This document shows positions 8,101 to 15,861 of a stretch of 21,591 bases of DNA, one piece after another (the stretch's first letter is position 1; every line of letters begins with the position of its first letter). Made by a program: the position numbers and the translations under genes. Location: assembly GCA_029856435.1 (NCBI GenBank), contig JAHQXB010000101.1:1-21591 (forward strand). The letters are read 5' to 3'. This stretch comes from Candidatus Jordarchaeia archaeon. Its GTDB lineage: Archaea > Asgardarchaeota > Jordiarchaeia > Jordiarchaeales > Jordiarchaeaceae. The notes beneath the pieces are model-generated. The model had not been told where the DNA came from. It was given only the letters and a program-made list of their open reading frames with translations, and did no database searches.

Positions 8101-8497
8101 CTATCCCAAAGCCAAAAATAGCCGCCTCTGCACAGCTCCCTCTAACTCCGCCATTTTGTGTATCTAAATCAGAAAAAGCCATAAAAAGTTACTGGCTCCC
8201 CCATAATTCAGCTATGCATTGCCCACATTATGGGTAATTTTTCTCTCCCGGATTTTATATGTGTGATACCTTTATTTCTAGGAACAGGAAACTAGTTTTC
8301 CACACAAAATTGGAGAGAAACAATTAACCTTACCACTTATGGGTAATGTATAGCGTAATCCAGAGGGTGGAGGCTAAATCTCGCCAACAGTTTTGACAAG
8401 TTTTTCGTAGAATAAAACTCAACAATTCTGAACCTCTGGCTTTACAGAACAAATTCTGATTTATATATTTCCCAATAAGAGAAAAAATAGTTTAAGA

Positions 8498-8528
8498 CAT
8501 AAAAAAAGGGAAGAGTGGGGTCGATTTT
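8498..8528 (-). terminator. Pyrimidine-rich/oligo-T terminator after the SPFH gene
   Basis: Minus strand after the stop reads AAAATCGACCCCACTCTTCCCTTTTTTT. Confidence 0.45.
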
Positions 8529-9476
8529 TTAAATTTTTGTTCCGCATTCTGGGCAGAAGCGGCTTCCCGCTGGGACTTGAGCATTACATTTGGGGCAAGT
8601 TTTTCCACGTCCTAGCTGAACTCCACAGTTATTGCAGAAACGCGCATTGGCAGGAATTTGCGCACCGCACTTCGGGCAAGTCGTTACGGCGACCTGAGGT
8701 CCGGTAGGTTGCTGAAGGAGTTGGGGTATTATTACCATCCCTGTGCCTGCCGCCGCTGCTCCGCCTCCTTTTCCTAGAGATTCTGCGGCGCTCTTGGTTG
8801 TCTCTAGAGTGGCTATGCGGTCAGCGTGTACCTGTCCTGTTTGCAGCCAGAATAGCCTCTCTCTATATTCGGGTGAGGTGTCCATTCCCTCAAATTTGAG
8901 GTCAATTAGGTCTATTCCGATTCTGTCGAACTGTTCTTTGATTTTGGTTTTTACCTTCATGCTACTCTCATCAAGTTGGGTGAAAACATCCCGAAGCGTG
9001 AAGCCCGCCAACGTGTCAATGAGTTTTTCTACTATGAAACCTCGGATAAACTCGTTAACAGCATCGGTTGTAAATGCCTTTGAGTTTCCCACAACTTCTA
9101 CCACAAATAGTTTGGGTTCCTCAACCTTGAACCAGTATGCGCCATGAAACATTAGTGGCGCAAGCTCTTGGGTTTGGCCTCTTCCGCCAAATTTTCCTTG
9201 GAACTGCGAAGTGGAAACAAAAACAATATCTGAAGTAAACTCTGATTTCTTAATTCCTCTCATTGTACTGTACAGTTTTGAAAGTCCCGGAAGATTCTGG
9301 GTGCTCAAGATATGTCTTCCCGGACCAAAAACATCATAGGCCTTTCCATCCCTATAAAATACAGCCACTTGGTGTTCATGCACAATCAGCGTAGATCCCC
9401 AGGTAAGCCTGTTATTCGGATATCTCCAAACAATGTCTTTGGGTCCGGCTCCAGTCCATTCAATTAAGTCTGGCAC
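8529..9476 (-). CDS. SPFH/band 7 (YdjI-like) protein with C-terminal double zinc ribbons
   Basis: DIVWRYP...GSTLIVHEHQVAVFYRDGK...FGPGRH opening; tandem CPKCG...FCNNCG and CPKC...FCPECG repeats. GTG start with GAGGTGA. Confidence 0.88.
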   Translation of the reverse strand: MPDLIEWTGAGPKDIVWRYPNNRLTWGSTLIVHEHQVAVFYRDGKAYDVFGPGRHILSTQNLPGLSKLYSTMRGIKKSEFTSDIVFVSTSQFQGKFGGRGQTQELAPLMFHGAYWFKVEEPKLFVVEVVGNSKAFTTDAVNEFIRGFIVEKLIDTLAGFTLRDVFTQLDESSMKVKTKIKEQFDRIGIDLIDLKFEGMDTSPEYRERLFWLQTGQVHADRIATLETTKSAAESLGKGGGAAAAGTGMVIIPQLLQQPTGPQVAVTTCPKCGAQIPANARFCNNCGVQLGRGKTCPKCNAQVPAGSRFCPECGTKI

Positions 9477-9497
9477 AAATATTCACCTCTAACCTTT

Positions 9498-10064
9498 CTA
9501 TACAAATTCTAGCATATAGCTTCTTCTATCTCCAAATTTTTTGTCAATATCATCAAGTGTTCTTCTAAGTGAAAAGACACGTTGAAAAGAATTATCAAAA
9601 TTGCCTGATTCCAGCTCCTCTTTAAGTGACTTTATTTCTCCTCGAAAAGCATCAATGTCATCCAGTATCATCGCGTCAAATTCATACATTCTGTCAAGTT
9701 CCGGCTCCCTAATTTTTGTCGAATCAAAAAAGCCACTATAACCATAATCAGCATGATTTATTCTCTCTGCCACCCTGTCCACTAGGGCCATAAGCCGATC
9801 CATTTGCTCCCAAGTATTCTCAACATTGTAGTCCACAAGCATCTCCTGCACAAGATTCAGCTCCCTCTTACAGTCCTTGAGCTGCTTGTAAATATAGGTG
9901 CGCAGAGCCTTATCCGCCTCTCTGCGTATCTCCTTCGCCTTATAACCATGATAGCCGGGAACCAGATAAGCAACCTTCTCCGATAGATTTCTGGTAGACT
10001 GTTTCTTCACTTCTCCTCGAATCTTCTCAGCGGTAGTCTTCTTCTTATCCTTCTTGCCAAACAT
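9498..10064 (-). CDS. Conserved alpha-helical hypothetical protein, typical SPFH-ZnR neighbour
   Basis: Motifs VPGYHGYKAKEIRREADKALR and ADYGYSGFFDSTKIREPELDRMYEFD; amphipathic helical pattern. Start probably ATG 10064 (ORF track gives 10112). Confidence 0.8.
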   Translation of the reverse strand: MFGKKDKKKTTAEKIRGEVKKQSTRNLSEKVAYLVPGYHGYKAKEIRREADKALRTYIYKQLKDCKRELNLVQEMLVDYNVENTWEQMDRLMALVDRVAERINHADYGYSGFFDSTKIREPELDRMYEFDAMILDDIDAFRGEIKSLKEELESGNFDNSFQRVFSLRRTLDDIDKKFGDRRSYMLEFV

Positions 10065-10252
10065 TATCCAAACAACCCCATAAGCATTGTTGTTTGAGTA
10101 TATTTTACCCATAGCACGTTTAAAAAGATTTCATTCTGCGCAATGAACCCCCCAAACAAACTGGAAAAACCAGAATAAACCATTCAAACACACATTCTAG
10201 CGAATCTCAATTGCGGCAAAAAACAAGATAAAAAATGGGAGTTCGATTTGTT

Positions 10253-11623
10253 TTAACTCTCTTTGGTGAGGTCTTCGACTCGTTTATACTTGTGGGCAAT
10301 TTTGGGCAAATCGTCTATGGAATCCACTATTTCAATATCGGTTTCGACACCCAGTTTCTCCTTAATAATTCCAGAAACCTTCTCTCTAAACTCCTCTTTA
10401 GTTAAACCTTTGCTTCCATCGTAGACCATCTTCATCTTCAGTTTCTCCATCACGTCCTTCTTATATTTGAAGAGTGTGAAAGGAACACCTGCAGCCTCTG
10501 GCACATCTATAAACAGGTCATCCACATCCAGGGGAAGAATCCACTTACCCATAATATTAAGCTGGAAACCTGTTCGACCAATCCAAGTCGCTCGACCATG
10601 AGTCCTACCACACTTACAAGTTTCCCTGCTGAAGGTGGAAATATCCTCGCTGCCCCACCTGATAAGTGGAGTGCCCCTCATATAAAGATTCGATAGTATC
10701 AACTCGCCCCTCTCATTCTCACCCACAGGCTCCTTGGTATCCAGATCCAGAATCTCAGCCAAATAAAGATCCTCACAAATATGGGTGCCCTCACGTACTT
10801 CACACTCCGCCAAATGAATCATGGTATCCGCCGCTCCGCCGCCACTAAAAATCTTCTCTGGTTCCAGCTCCGCCTCCTTTATTAGCTTTTGCCGATAACT
10901 ATTTGTTAAAACATCTCCATAACCAATTGAAATTGTTCTCAAGCTTTCACATACCTCAGCAGGTTTTTCCCCCACCCTCTTACATGCCTCCAGAAATCCA
11001 TCAAATATGACTATGGGAGCCGCCATAACGTCTGGATGAAGATGTTTAAGTGCATAAACCATTTTGTCCGCATAGTTGGGTAAAGGATACAAAATATTTG
11101 TGATTGATACCACCCCTATTCTTTCTAGTCCTGGGGTGACTCCAAAGATGAATCCGTTCCATCTTACAGGGGGCCAGAAAAGGACGTCTCCCGGCCGGAA
11201 TCCCTGCATCCAAGTTAGCCTAGCGGTTTGCTCTGCAGCGTATTCTTGATTCTCTTTAGTCATAGCATGTATTGAGGGTATTCCCGTGGTGCCTGTTGTA
11301 GAATAAATGGATTTTATGTCTTCAAATGGAATGCATAACAGGCCGCCGAAGGGGTCACCCGCACTTATCAATTCCCTCACTGAATCCTTATAGGTGACTG
11401 GAAATTTGGTGAAATCTTCCAGTGACTTTATGTCTTCTGGTGAAATTCCTATTTTCCTCATTATCCCCCTATAGTATGAGGAGTTGTGATAAATGTTGTT
11501 TAACTGCTTATTTAACCTTTTGAATTGCACCCTCCTCAGATCCTGTCTTGATATAGTCTCAATCGACTCGTTCCAATATTTTCTCCAATCTACCATAAAA
11601 ATCCACCCTGAACATTTGTTCAT
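10253..11623 (-). CDS. Phenylacetate-CoA ligase-like (PaaK/ANL family) acyl-CoA synthetase, substrate unknown
   Basis: P-loop YSTTGTTGIP, GELILSNL...PLIRW, CKCGRT, hinge GR, C-terminal Lys in HKYKRVED. Start is either 11623 (ATGA overlap with the upstream stop) or 11596 (GGGTGG RBS). Confidence 0.88.
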   Translation of the reverse strand: MNKCSGWIFMVDWRKYWNESIETISRQDLRRVQFKRLNKQLNNIYHNSSYYRGIMRKIGISPEDIKSLEDFTKFPVTYKDSVRELISAGDPFGGLLCIPFEDIKSIYSTTGTTGIPSIHAMTKENQEYAAEQTARLTWMQGFRPGDVLFWPPVRWNGFIFGVTPGLERIGVVSITNILYPLPNYADKMVYALKHLHPDVMAAPIVIFDGFLEACKRVGEKPAEVCESLRTISIGYGDVLTNSYRQKLIKEAELEPEKIFSGGGAADTMIHLAECEVREGTHICEDLYLAEILDLDTKEPVGENERGELILSNLYMRGTPLIRWGSEDISTFSRETCKCGRTHGRATWIGRTGFQLNIMGKWILPLDVDDLFIDVPEAAGVPFTLFKYKKDVMEKLKMKMVYDGSKGLTKEEFREKVSGIIKEKLGVETDIEIVDSIDDLPKIAHKYKRVEDLTKES

Positions 11624-12612
11624 AGCTTAATTCTCAGATGGTTTCCTCCACACTTACAGCGCTTTCTGTCCAAAGTTACTTCGTAATCTGTCTGCCACCT
11701 TATCGCTGGTGTGGCCTCCGACCAGAGATTAGTTATTGTCAACTTTCCCCTCTCCCTCTCTGCCACTGGCTCTCCATTACTCAAAGCCTCTATGATGAAC
11801 ATGTCCTCCCATGCATGCAGTCCGTCATGCTCAGGGCACTCCATAGCCAGAAAAGCAGCGTCCTGTACATCCAACATTCTATAAAACTCACTACCCCACT
11901 CACTTTTGTACTCGTTCTGCTTTTCATCCGTAAGCCGCATATCATCCATTAACTCTCTTAGAACAATTATTTCCGGCTGAAAAACGTCTTTAGGCACCTT
12001 TTTTTGGCTCTTTATCCCTTGGGTAACCTGATCAAAGTATGACACCAGAGTGAAGAAAATTCTCGGTTTAAGTTGCTCTCCAAGATAAATGGCTCTAGGA
12101 GTATCAATAAAAACCAGAGAAGCCTCCAAAGGTATATTAATGAACCCTAACCTATCCTGAACCGTTTCCTGAATGGTGAATGCGCTCTCCAGAACCCTCG
12201 GAGTAAGCTCCCAAGACTGGCCAGAAGTCATAACCAAATCCTTAGCGCCAACACCAAGCATTCGGAAAAACCGCATCAACTGTTCCAAAAGAACCCGGCG
12301 ATCATTATAAGTGTACGCAGTGTATAGTGGTTTGCCAGACAACGTGGCCTCATGAGGTAAAATTATATACCATAAAGTATCTATGGGCACACAAAGCCGA
12401 CCACTAAAGGGATCACTGTCACTAAACTTGGATAGAACCTCCTCCTTAGAGGTGACAGGAATCTTCGACAAATCATCCAAACTCTTTACGTCATAAGGCT
12501 TCAACCCGGCATCAGCGAATTTTCTCCTATAAAACTCAGAATAGTTATAAGCATACTTTACCTCTCTCTGCAGTCTCTGCTCCTGAACCCTCTCAATATC
12601 TTCTCTTAGCAT
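11620..12612 (-). CDS. Truncated, motif-degenerate PaaK-like paralogue (N-terminal domain only)
   Basis: PaaK-like framework (YAYNYSEFYRRKF, LSKIPVTSKE, CPEHDGLHAWED, GKLTITNL...PAIRW, CKCG), but the P-loop is replaced by PHEATLSGKP and the ORF stops at the interdomain hinge. ATG 12612 has a GGAG RBS. Confidence 0.8.
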   Translation of the reverse strand: MLREDIERVQEQRLQREVKYAYNYSEFYRRKFADAGLKPYDVKSLDDLSKIPVTSKEEVLSKFSDSDPFSGRLCVPIDTLWYIILPHEATLSGKPLYTAYTYNDRRVLLEQLMRFFRMLGVGAKDLVMTSGQSWELTPRVLESAFTIQETVQDRLGFINIPLEASLVFIDTPRAIYLGEQLKPRIFFTLVSYFDQVTQGIKSQKKVPKDVFQPEIIVLRELMDDMRLTDEKQNEYKSEWGSEFYRMLDVQDAAFLAMECPEHDGLHAWEDMFIIEALSNGEPVAERERGKLTITNLWSEATPAIRWQTDYEVTLDRKRCKCGGNHLRIKL

Positions 12613-12702
12613 TTCTTCTCCTTTAGAAACCAAACCACTCTACTCCTACCCTTTTTTAGAAGTTTTATAGACACATTAGCCTAAATTTAAGTTAAAACAG
12701 TG

Positions 12703-12715
12703 TTATAAAATTTTC
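12703..12715 (-). promoter_or_regulatory. BRE-TATA promoter for the PaaK-like pair
   Basis: Minus strand reads GAAAA-TTTTATAA about 90 nt upstream of ATG 12612. Confidence 0.5.
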
Positions 12716-12945
12716 TAAAACAAGCCTCATCCAAATAGGTGATGCAGATTTATTCGGTTCCATCTCCCTAATAAGGCTCCAAATCGTGAAAGAAGCCCTA
12801 TAAACACCCCCTTTTCGAGGCGAAACCGAACAATTCTACATTTCCCATCCAAATACACAAATAACTTTTTATACTCAAAAAAAGGAATAAAAATGGCATG
12901 CGTCTAGGAGAGTTAACAAAACGTTTCTAAAAGACGAATTAGAAG

Positions 12946-12953
12946 TATATAAA
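12946..12953 (+). promoter_or_regulatory. TATA box for the membrane-protein gene, probably leaderless
   Basis: TATATAAA lies 20-26 nt before the ATGATGATG run at 12966-12974; no RBS is visible. Confidence 0.4.
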
Positions 12954-12965
12954 GCGCACAAACAA

Positions 12966-13607
12966 ATGATGATGATTCAATTTCTATTATGGCTCCCTTG
13001 GGCAACCATCTTTCTTACCTACTTTTGGCTCTCGTTTTTCACATCTTTTAGTATACCTCTTGAATTTCTTCCCCTCTTTAAAACCATTCTAGGGTATCCC
13101 AATATTCTCGGACTATATTGGTTTCTTGAAGTTAACACCTTCACTGTGAGAATAGCACACCTTTCCGAGAGAATCATACTATTCAGAATTAACACAACAA
13201 CCGAAATAGTCCTCCTACTGCTAATTTTCGCCCTTGCGCTTCCAGTAATAATATTGGCGGTATACAACTTTATACTTTTAAGACTCTCAAGAGAGGCTGA
13301 ATTTGGACGCTTGCTATTCACCTTCAGAACTTGGAAACTACCATCCTCAAACCGCTATAAAACCTATGGAGAAGCCAAAAAAAGAATATGTGAAATATTC
13401 AGAAACGGAACCCCAAAAGAGAAACACGCCCTCTACACCCTAGCGGCAGCCCAACTCCTGCTCTACCCCCCAATGGCAATGCTCATATTTATAGTGTCAA
13501 ATATTTTCCCTATAGCCATAAATATTTTCCACTTTTGGCTCGTATTTTTAATGGTGCTACTGCTAATTATGGGAGCTCAAAGAAATGTGTGGAAAATAAT
13601 TAGGTGA
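12966..13607 (+). CDS. Hypothetical multi-pass membrane protein
   Basis: 213-codon ORF with about 5-6 hydrophobic segments and a charged loop; no family motif recognised. Confidence 0.65.
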   Translation: MMMIQFLLWLPWATIFLTYFWLSFFTSFSIPLEFLPLFKTILGYPNILGLYWFLEVNTFTVRIAHLSERIILFRINTTTEIVLLLLIFALALPVIILAVYNFILLRLSREAEFGRLLFTFRTWKLPSSNRYKTYGEAKKRICEIFRNGTPKEKHALYTLAAAQLLLYPPMAMLIFIVSNIFPIAINIFHFWLVFLMVLLLIMGAQRNVWKIIR

Positions 13608-13718
13608 AAAAAATAAAAAATACCGTACCGCCAAAAAAGGAATTCGCTCATAAAGGGTGGAAAGCTACACTGAAACTCGAGAAAAAAGAACCTAAAAAAT
13701 AATAAGAGGGGAAGGGCA

Positions 13719-14159
13719 TCATATTGGTTTAAAGTACTCAATGTCCAAAATGTTGCCCTCTGGGCTACTCTTGAAAACAGCCTCAACCCGCATGCCAACC
13801 TTCAGCTTCTTGGGGTCGCCCTCCTTAATGATGTGCACAAAGCCAGTATTTGAACCATCCAACTCAATAATTCCATAAGCATAAGGGGGCTTCAACGGCA
13901 TAACTGGCGTCGAATAGTTAACCACCGTGAATCCCTTAACCGTGCCCTGCTTGCCAACTTCGACCCATTCCTCCATTTTCTCAAAACACTCAAAGCAAAC
14001 CATTCTAGGAGGAACATAAACTTTACCACACTTGGAACACTTGACGCCCATAATCCTCTTATTATTACCAATCTCCTGAATAAACCGACCAGCGTAGGCA
14101 CCAGCAACATGCCTATAAGGCACCTTAATCCTACCATGGAAATACTTATCCTCACTCAT
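13719..14159 (-). CDS. DUF35 Zn-ribbon/OB-fold acyl-CoA-binding protein (second copy)
   Basis: KCSKCGKVYVPPRMVCFEC, GTVKGFTVV, PYAYGIIELDG, GMRVEAVF. ATG 14159 follows GGAGGT. Confidence 0.92.
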   Translation of the reverse strand: MSEDKYFHGRIKVPYRHVAGAYAGRFIQEIGNNKRIMGVKCSKCGKVYVPPRMVCFECFEKMEEWVEVGKQGTVKGFTVVNYSTPVMPLKPPYAYGIIELDGSNTGFVHIIKEGDPKKLKVGMRVEAVFKSSPEGNILDIEYFKPI

Positions 14160-14181
14160 AACAAAACCTCCGCTAGACGCC

Positions 14182-14667
14182 TCACTTCTTCTCAACCGCT
14201 CTAAAGTAGGGAATATCCTCTAAAGTACCCTTACGCTCATTCCTAGGCTTAATCACCGCCTTCACCAGCATCCCCGGCTTAACCTTTCCGGGATCCGTCT
14301 CATCAATAAAATGCAACATCCAAGTATCCGTCCCCTTCAACTTAATCGCACCATAACCATACGGAAAAGGCCTAGTCTCACCAGTATTAGGATCCACAAA
14401 AGGGTAATTAACCACCGTAAAACCATCCAGCGAGCCCTCACCGCTCACCTCAACCATGTCATCCACAGTCAACTCCACCATACAGTCTGCACACACAGAC
14501 CTCGGAGGAAATAAAACCTTCCCACACTTCTTACACTTAATCGCCAGTAACTTACCAGACTCCTTAAGCACCCTAAAGAACTTCGATGCAACGGGTCCCA
14601 AAGCGTAACGGTAAGGCAAATCCGTAAGCCAATTTATAGTGAAAGGCTCTTCCTTCTTCTCACTCAT
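14182..14667 (-). CDS. DUF35 Zn-ribbon/OB-fold acyl-CoA-binding protein (first copy)
   Basis: KCKKCGKVLFPPRSVCADC, GFTVVNYPF, PYGYGAIKLKG, GMLVKAV; RBS GAGGTGA. Confidence 0.92.
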   Translation of the reverse strand: MSEKKEEPFTINWLTDLPYRYALGPVASKFFRVLKESGKLLAIKCKKCGKVLFPPRSVCADCMVELTVDDMVEVSGEGSLDGFTVVNYPFVDPNTGETRPFPYGYGAIKLKGTDTWMLHFIDETDPGKVKPGMLVKAVIKPRNERKGTLEDIPYFRAVEKK

Positions 14668-14681
14668 AAAATCACCTCAAA

Positions 14682-15842
14682 CTAAGGCTCCTTACCCAAA
14701 ATCATAAGATCCGCCCAAACACTACCACCGAAACCATGGGCCAACGCCAACTCCACATCAGGAACCTGACGCTTACCACCCAGGCCCCTAACCTGAATCG
14801 CAGCCTCAGCCACTCGAATAAGCGCTGTGGCACCAATAGGATTGGTTGCAATAACACCACCCGAAGGATTCACAGGCAACTCACCACCCATCTCAGTAAC
14901 ACCTTCATCCAACAACTTGCCACCCTGACCATACTCGCAGAAACCCAAAGCCTCAGTCCACATAAGCTCCGCCCAACTACTCGGCTCATAAACCTCAGCC
15001 ACATCCAAATCCTTCAACGGATTCCTAATACCCACCTTCTTGTAAAGCCTCGTAGAAGCAATCTTAGCCGCAGGATACTTATGCATCACATCGTCACCGC
15101 CAAAAGTATAATAGTGCCCAGTGTCCACACCCTTAACCCAAGCCAAATTGTCACTAATCTTTCTAGCCACACGCTCACCCGCATAAACAATCGCACAGGC
15201 ACCCTCACTCTGCGGGCAGCAATCATGGAGTCTTAGGGGCCATGATATTACTGGTGAGTTCATTACTTCCTCTATTGTCATGTTGGGCTGTTGTAGGTGT
15301 GCGAAGGGGTTGTTCGCTGCGTTTCTTCTGTTTTTGACTGTTACTTTTGCGGCTTGTTCGGGTGTTATTCCGAATTCCCACATGTACATGCTGGCCATGA
15401 TGGCGAGGGGTCCTAGTGCTCCGGCTAGGGCGGGTCTTTCCCATCTGGCGTCGAAGGCTGTTACTATTCCGGTTGTGGCCCCTCCTTCGTTTATTTTTTC
15501 CCATCCCACTACTAGGACTTTGTCATACATTCCTGAGGCTACTGCGTAGTATCCGTATAGCGCCAGGGAGGTTCCAGTGGTTCCTCCTGTGGCTACTTTT
15601 ACTACGGGTTTGAGGTATCCGGGTGCGGATTCTATTCCGGTCCACATTTCGGAGAAGTTTATTCCTTCAAAATGGTCCATGTTTCCAATAACGACGGCGT
15701 CTATGTCTTTGGGTGTGAGTTGGGCTTCGTCTAGGGCCATTTTTACTGCTTCATAAACCATTTCAGATATGTTGACGTCTCTTCTCCGGCTTCTGTGTTT
15801 TGTTTGGCCGGTTGCCACAATTGCTACTTTTTGTTTTGCCAT
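14682..15842 (-). CDS. Thiolase-fold (SCP-x type) protein, Ltp3-like, no catalytic Cys
   Basis: KNRRNAANNPFAH, CPQSEGACA, AEVYEP, PVNPSGG, NPIGATALIRVAEAAIQ, AHGFGG. ATGGTTG sits where xNACASG is expected. ATG 15842 follows a GAGGAG RBS. Confidence 0.88.
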   Translation of the reverse strand: MAKQKVAIVATGQTKHRSRRRDVNISEMVYEAVKMALDEAQLTPKDIDAVVIGNMDHFEGINFSEMWTGIESAPGYLKPVVKVATGGTTGTSLALYGYYAVASGMYDKVLVVGWEKINEGGATTGIVTAFDARWERPALAGALGPLAIMASMYMWEFGITPEQAAKVTVKNRRNAANNPFAHLQQPNMTIEEVMNSPVISWPLRLHDCCPQSEGACAIVYAGERVARKISDNLAWVKGVDTGHYYTFGGDDVMHKYPAAKIASTRLYKKVGIRNPLKDLDVAEVYEPSSWAELMWTEALGFCEYGQGGKLLDEGVTEMGGELPVNPSGGVIATNPIGATALIRVAEAAIQVRGLGGKRQVPDVELALAHGFGGSVWADLMILGKEP

Positions 15843-15861
15843 ATTTCTCATCTCCTCATTT

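Noticed and set aside
7932-8237. ORFs 7932-8237 (+) and 7973-8182 (-)
   Set aside because: Both cross the IS right end; they are read-throughs of the decayed tnpB tail and flank, not genes.
8743-9986. Plus-strand ORFs 8743-9147 and 9804-9986
   Set aside because: Antisense to the SPFH and helical-protein genes.
14159-14195. Programmed frameshift fusing the two DUF35 genes (frames overlap by 14 nt)
   Set aside because: No canonical slippery heptamer, and the second gene has its own GGAGGT RBS and ATG.
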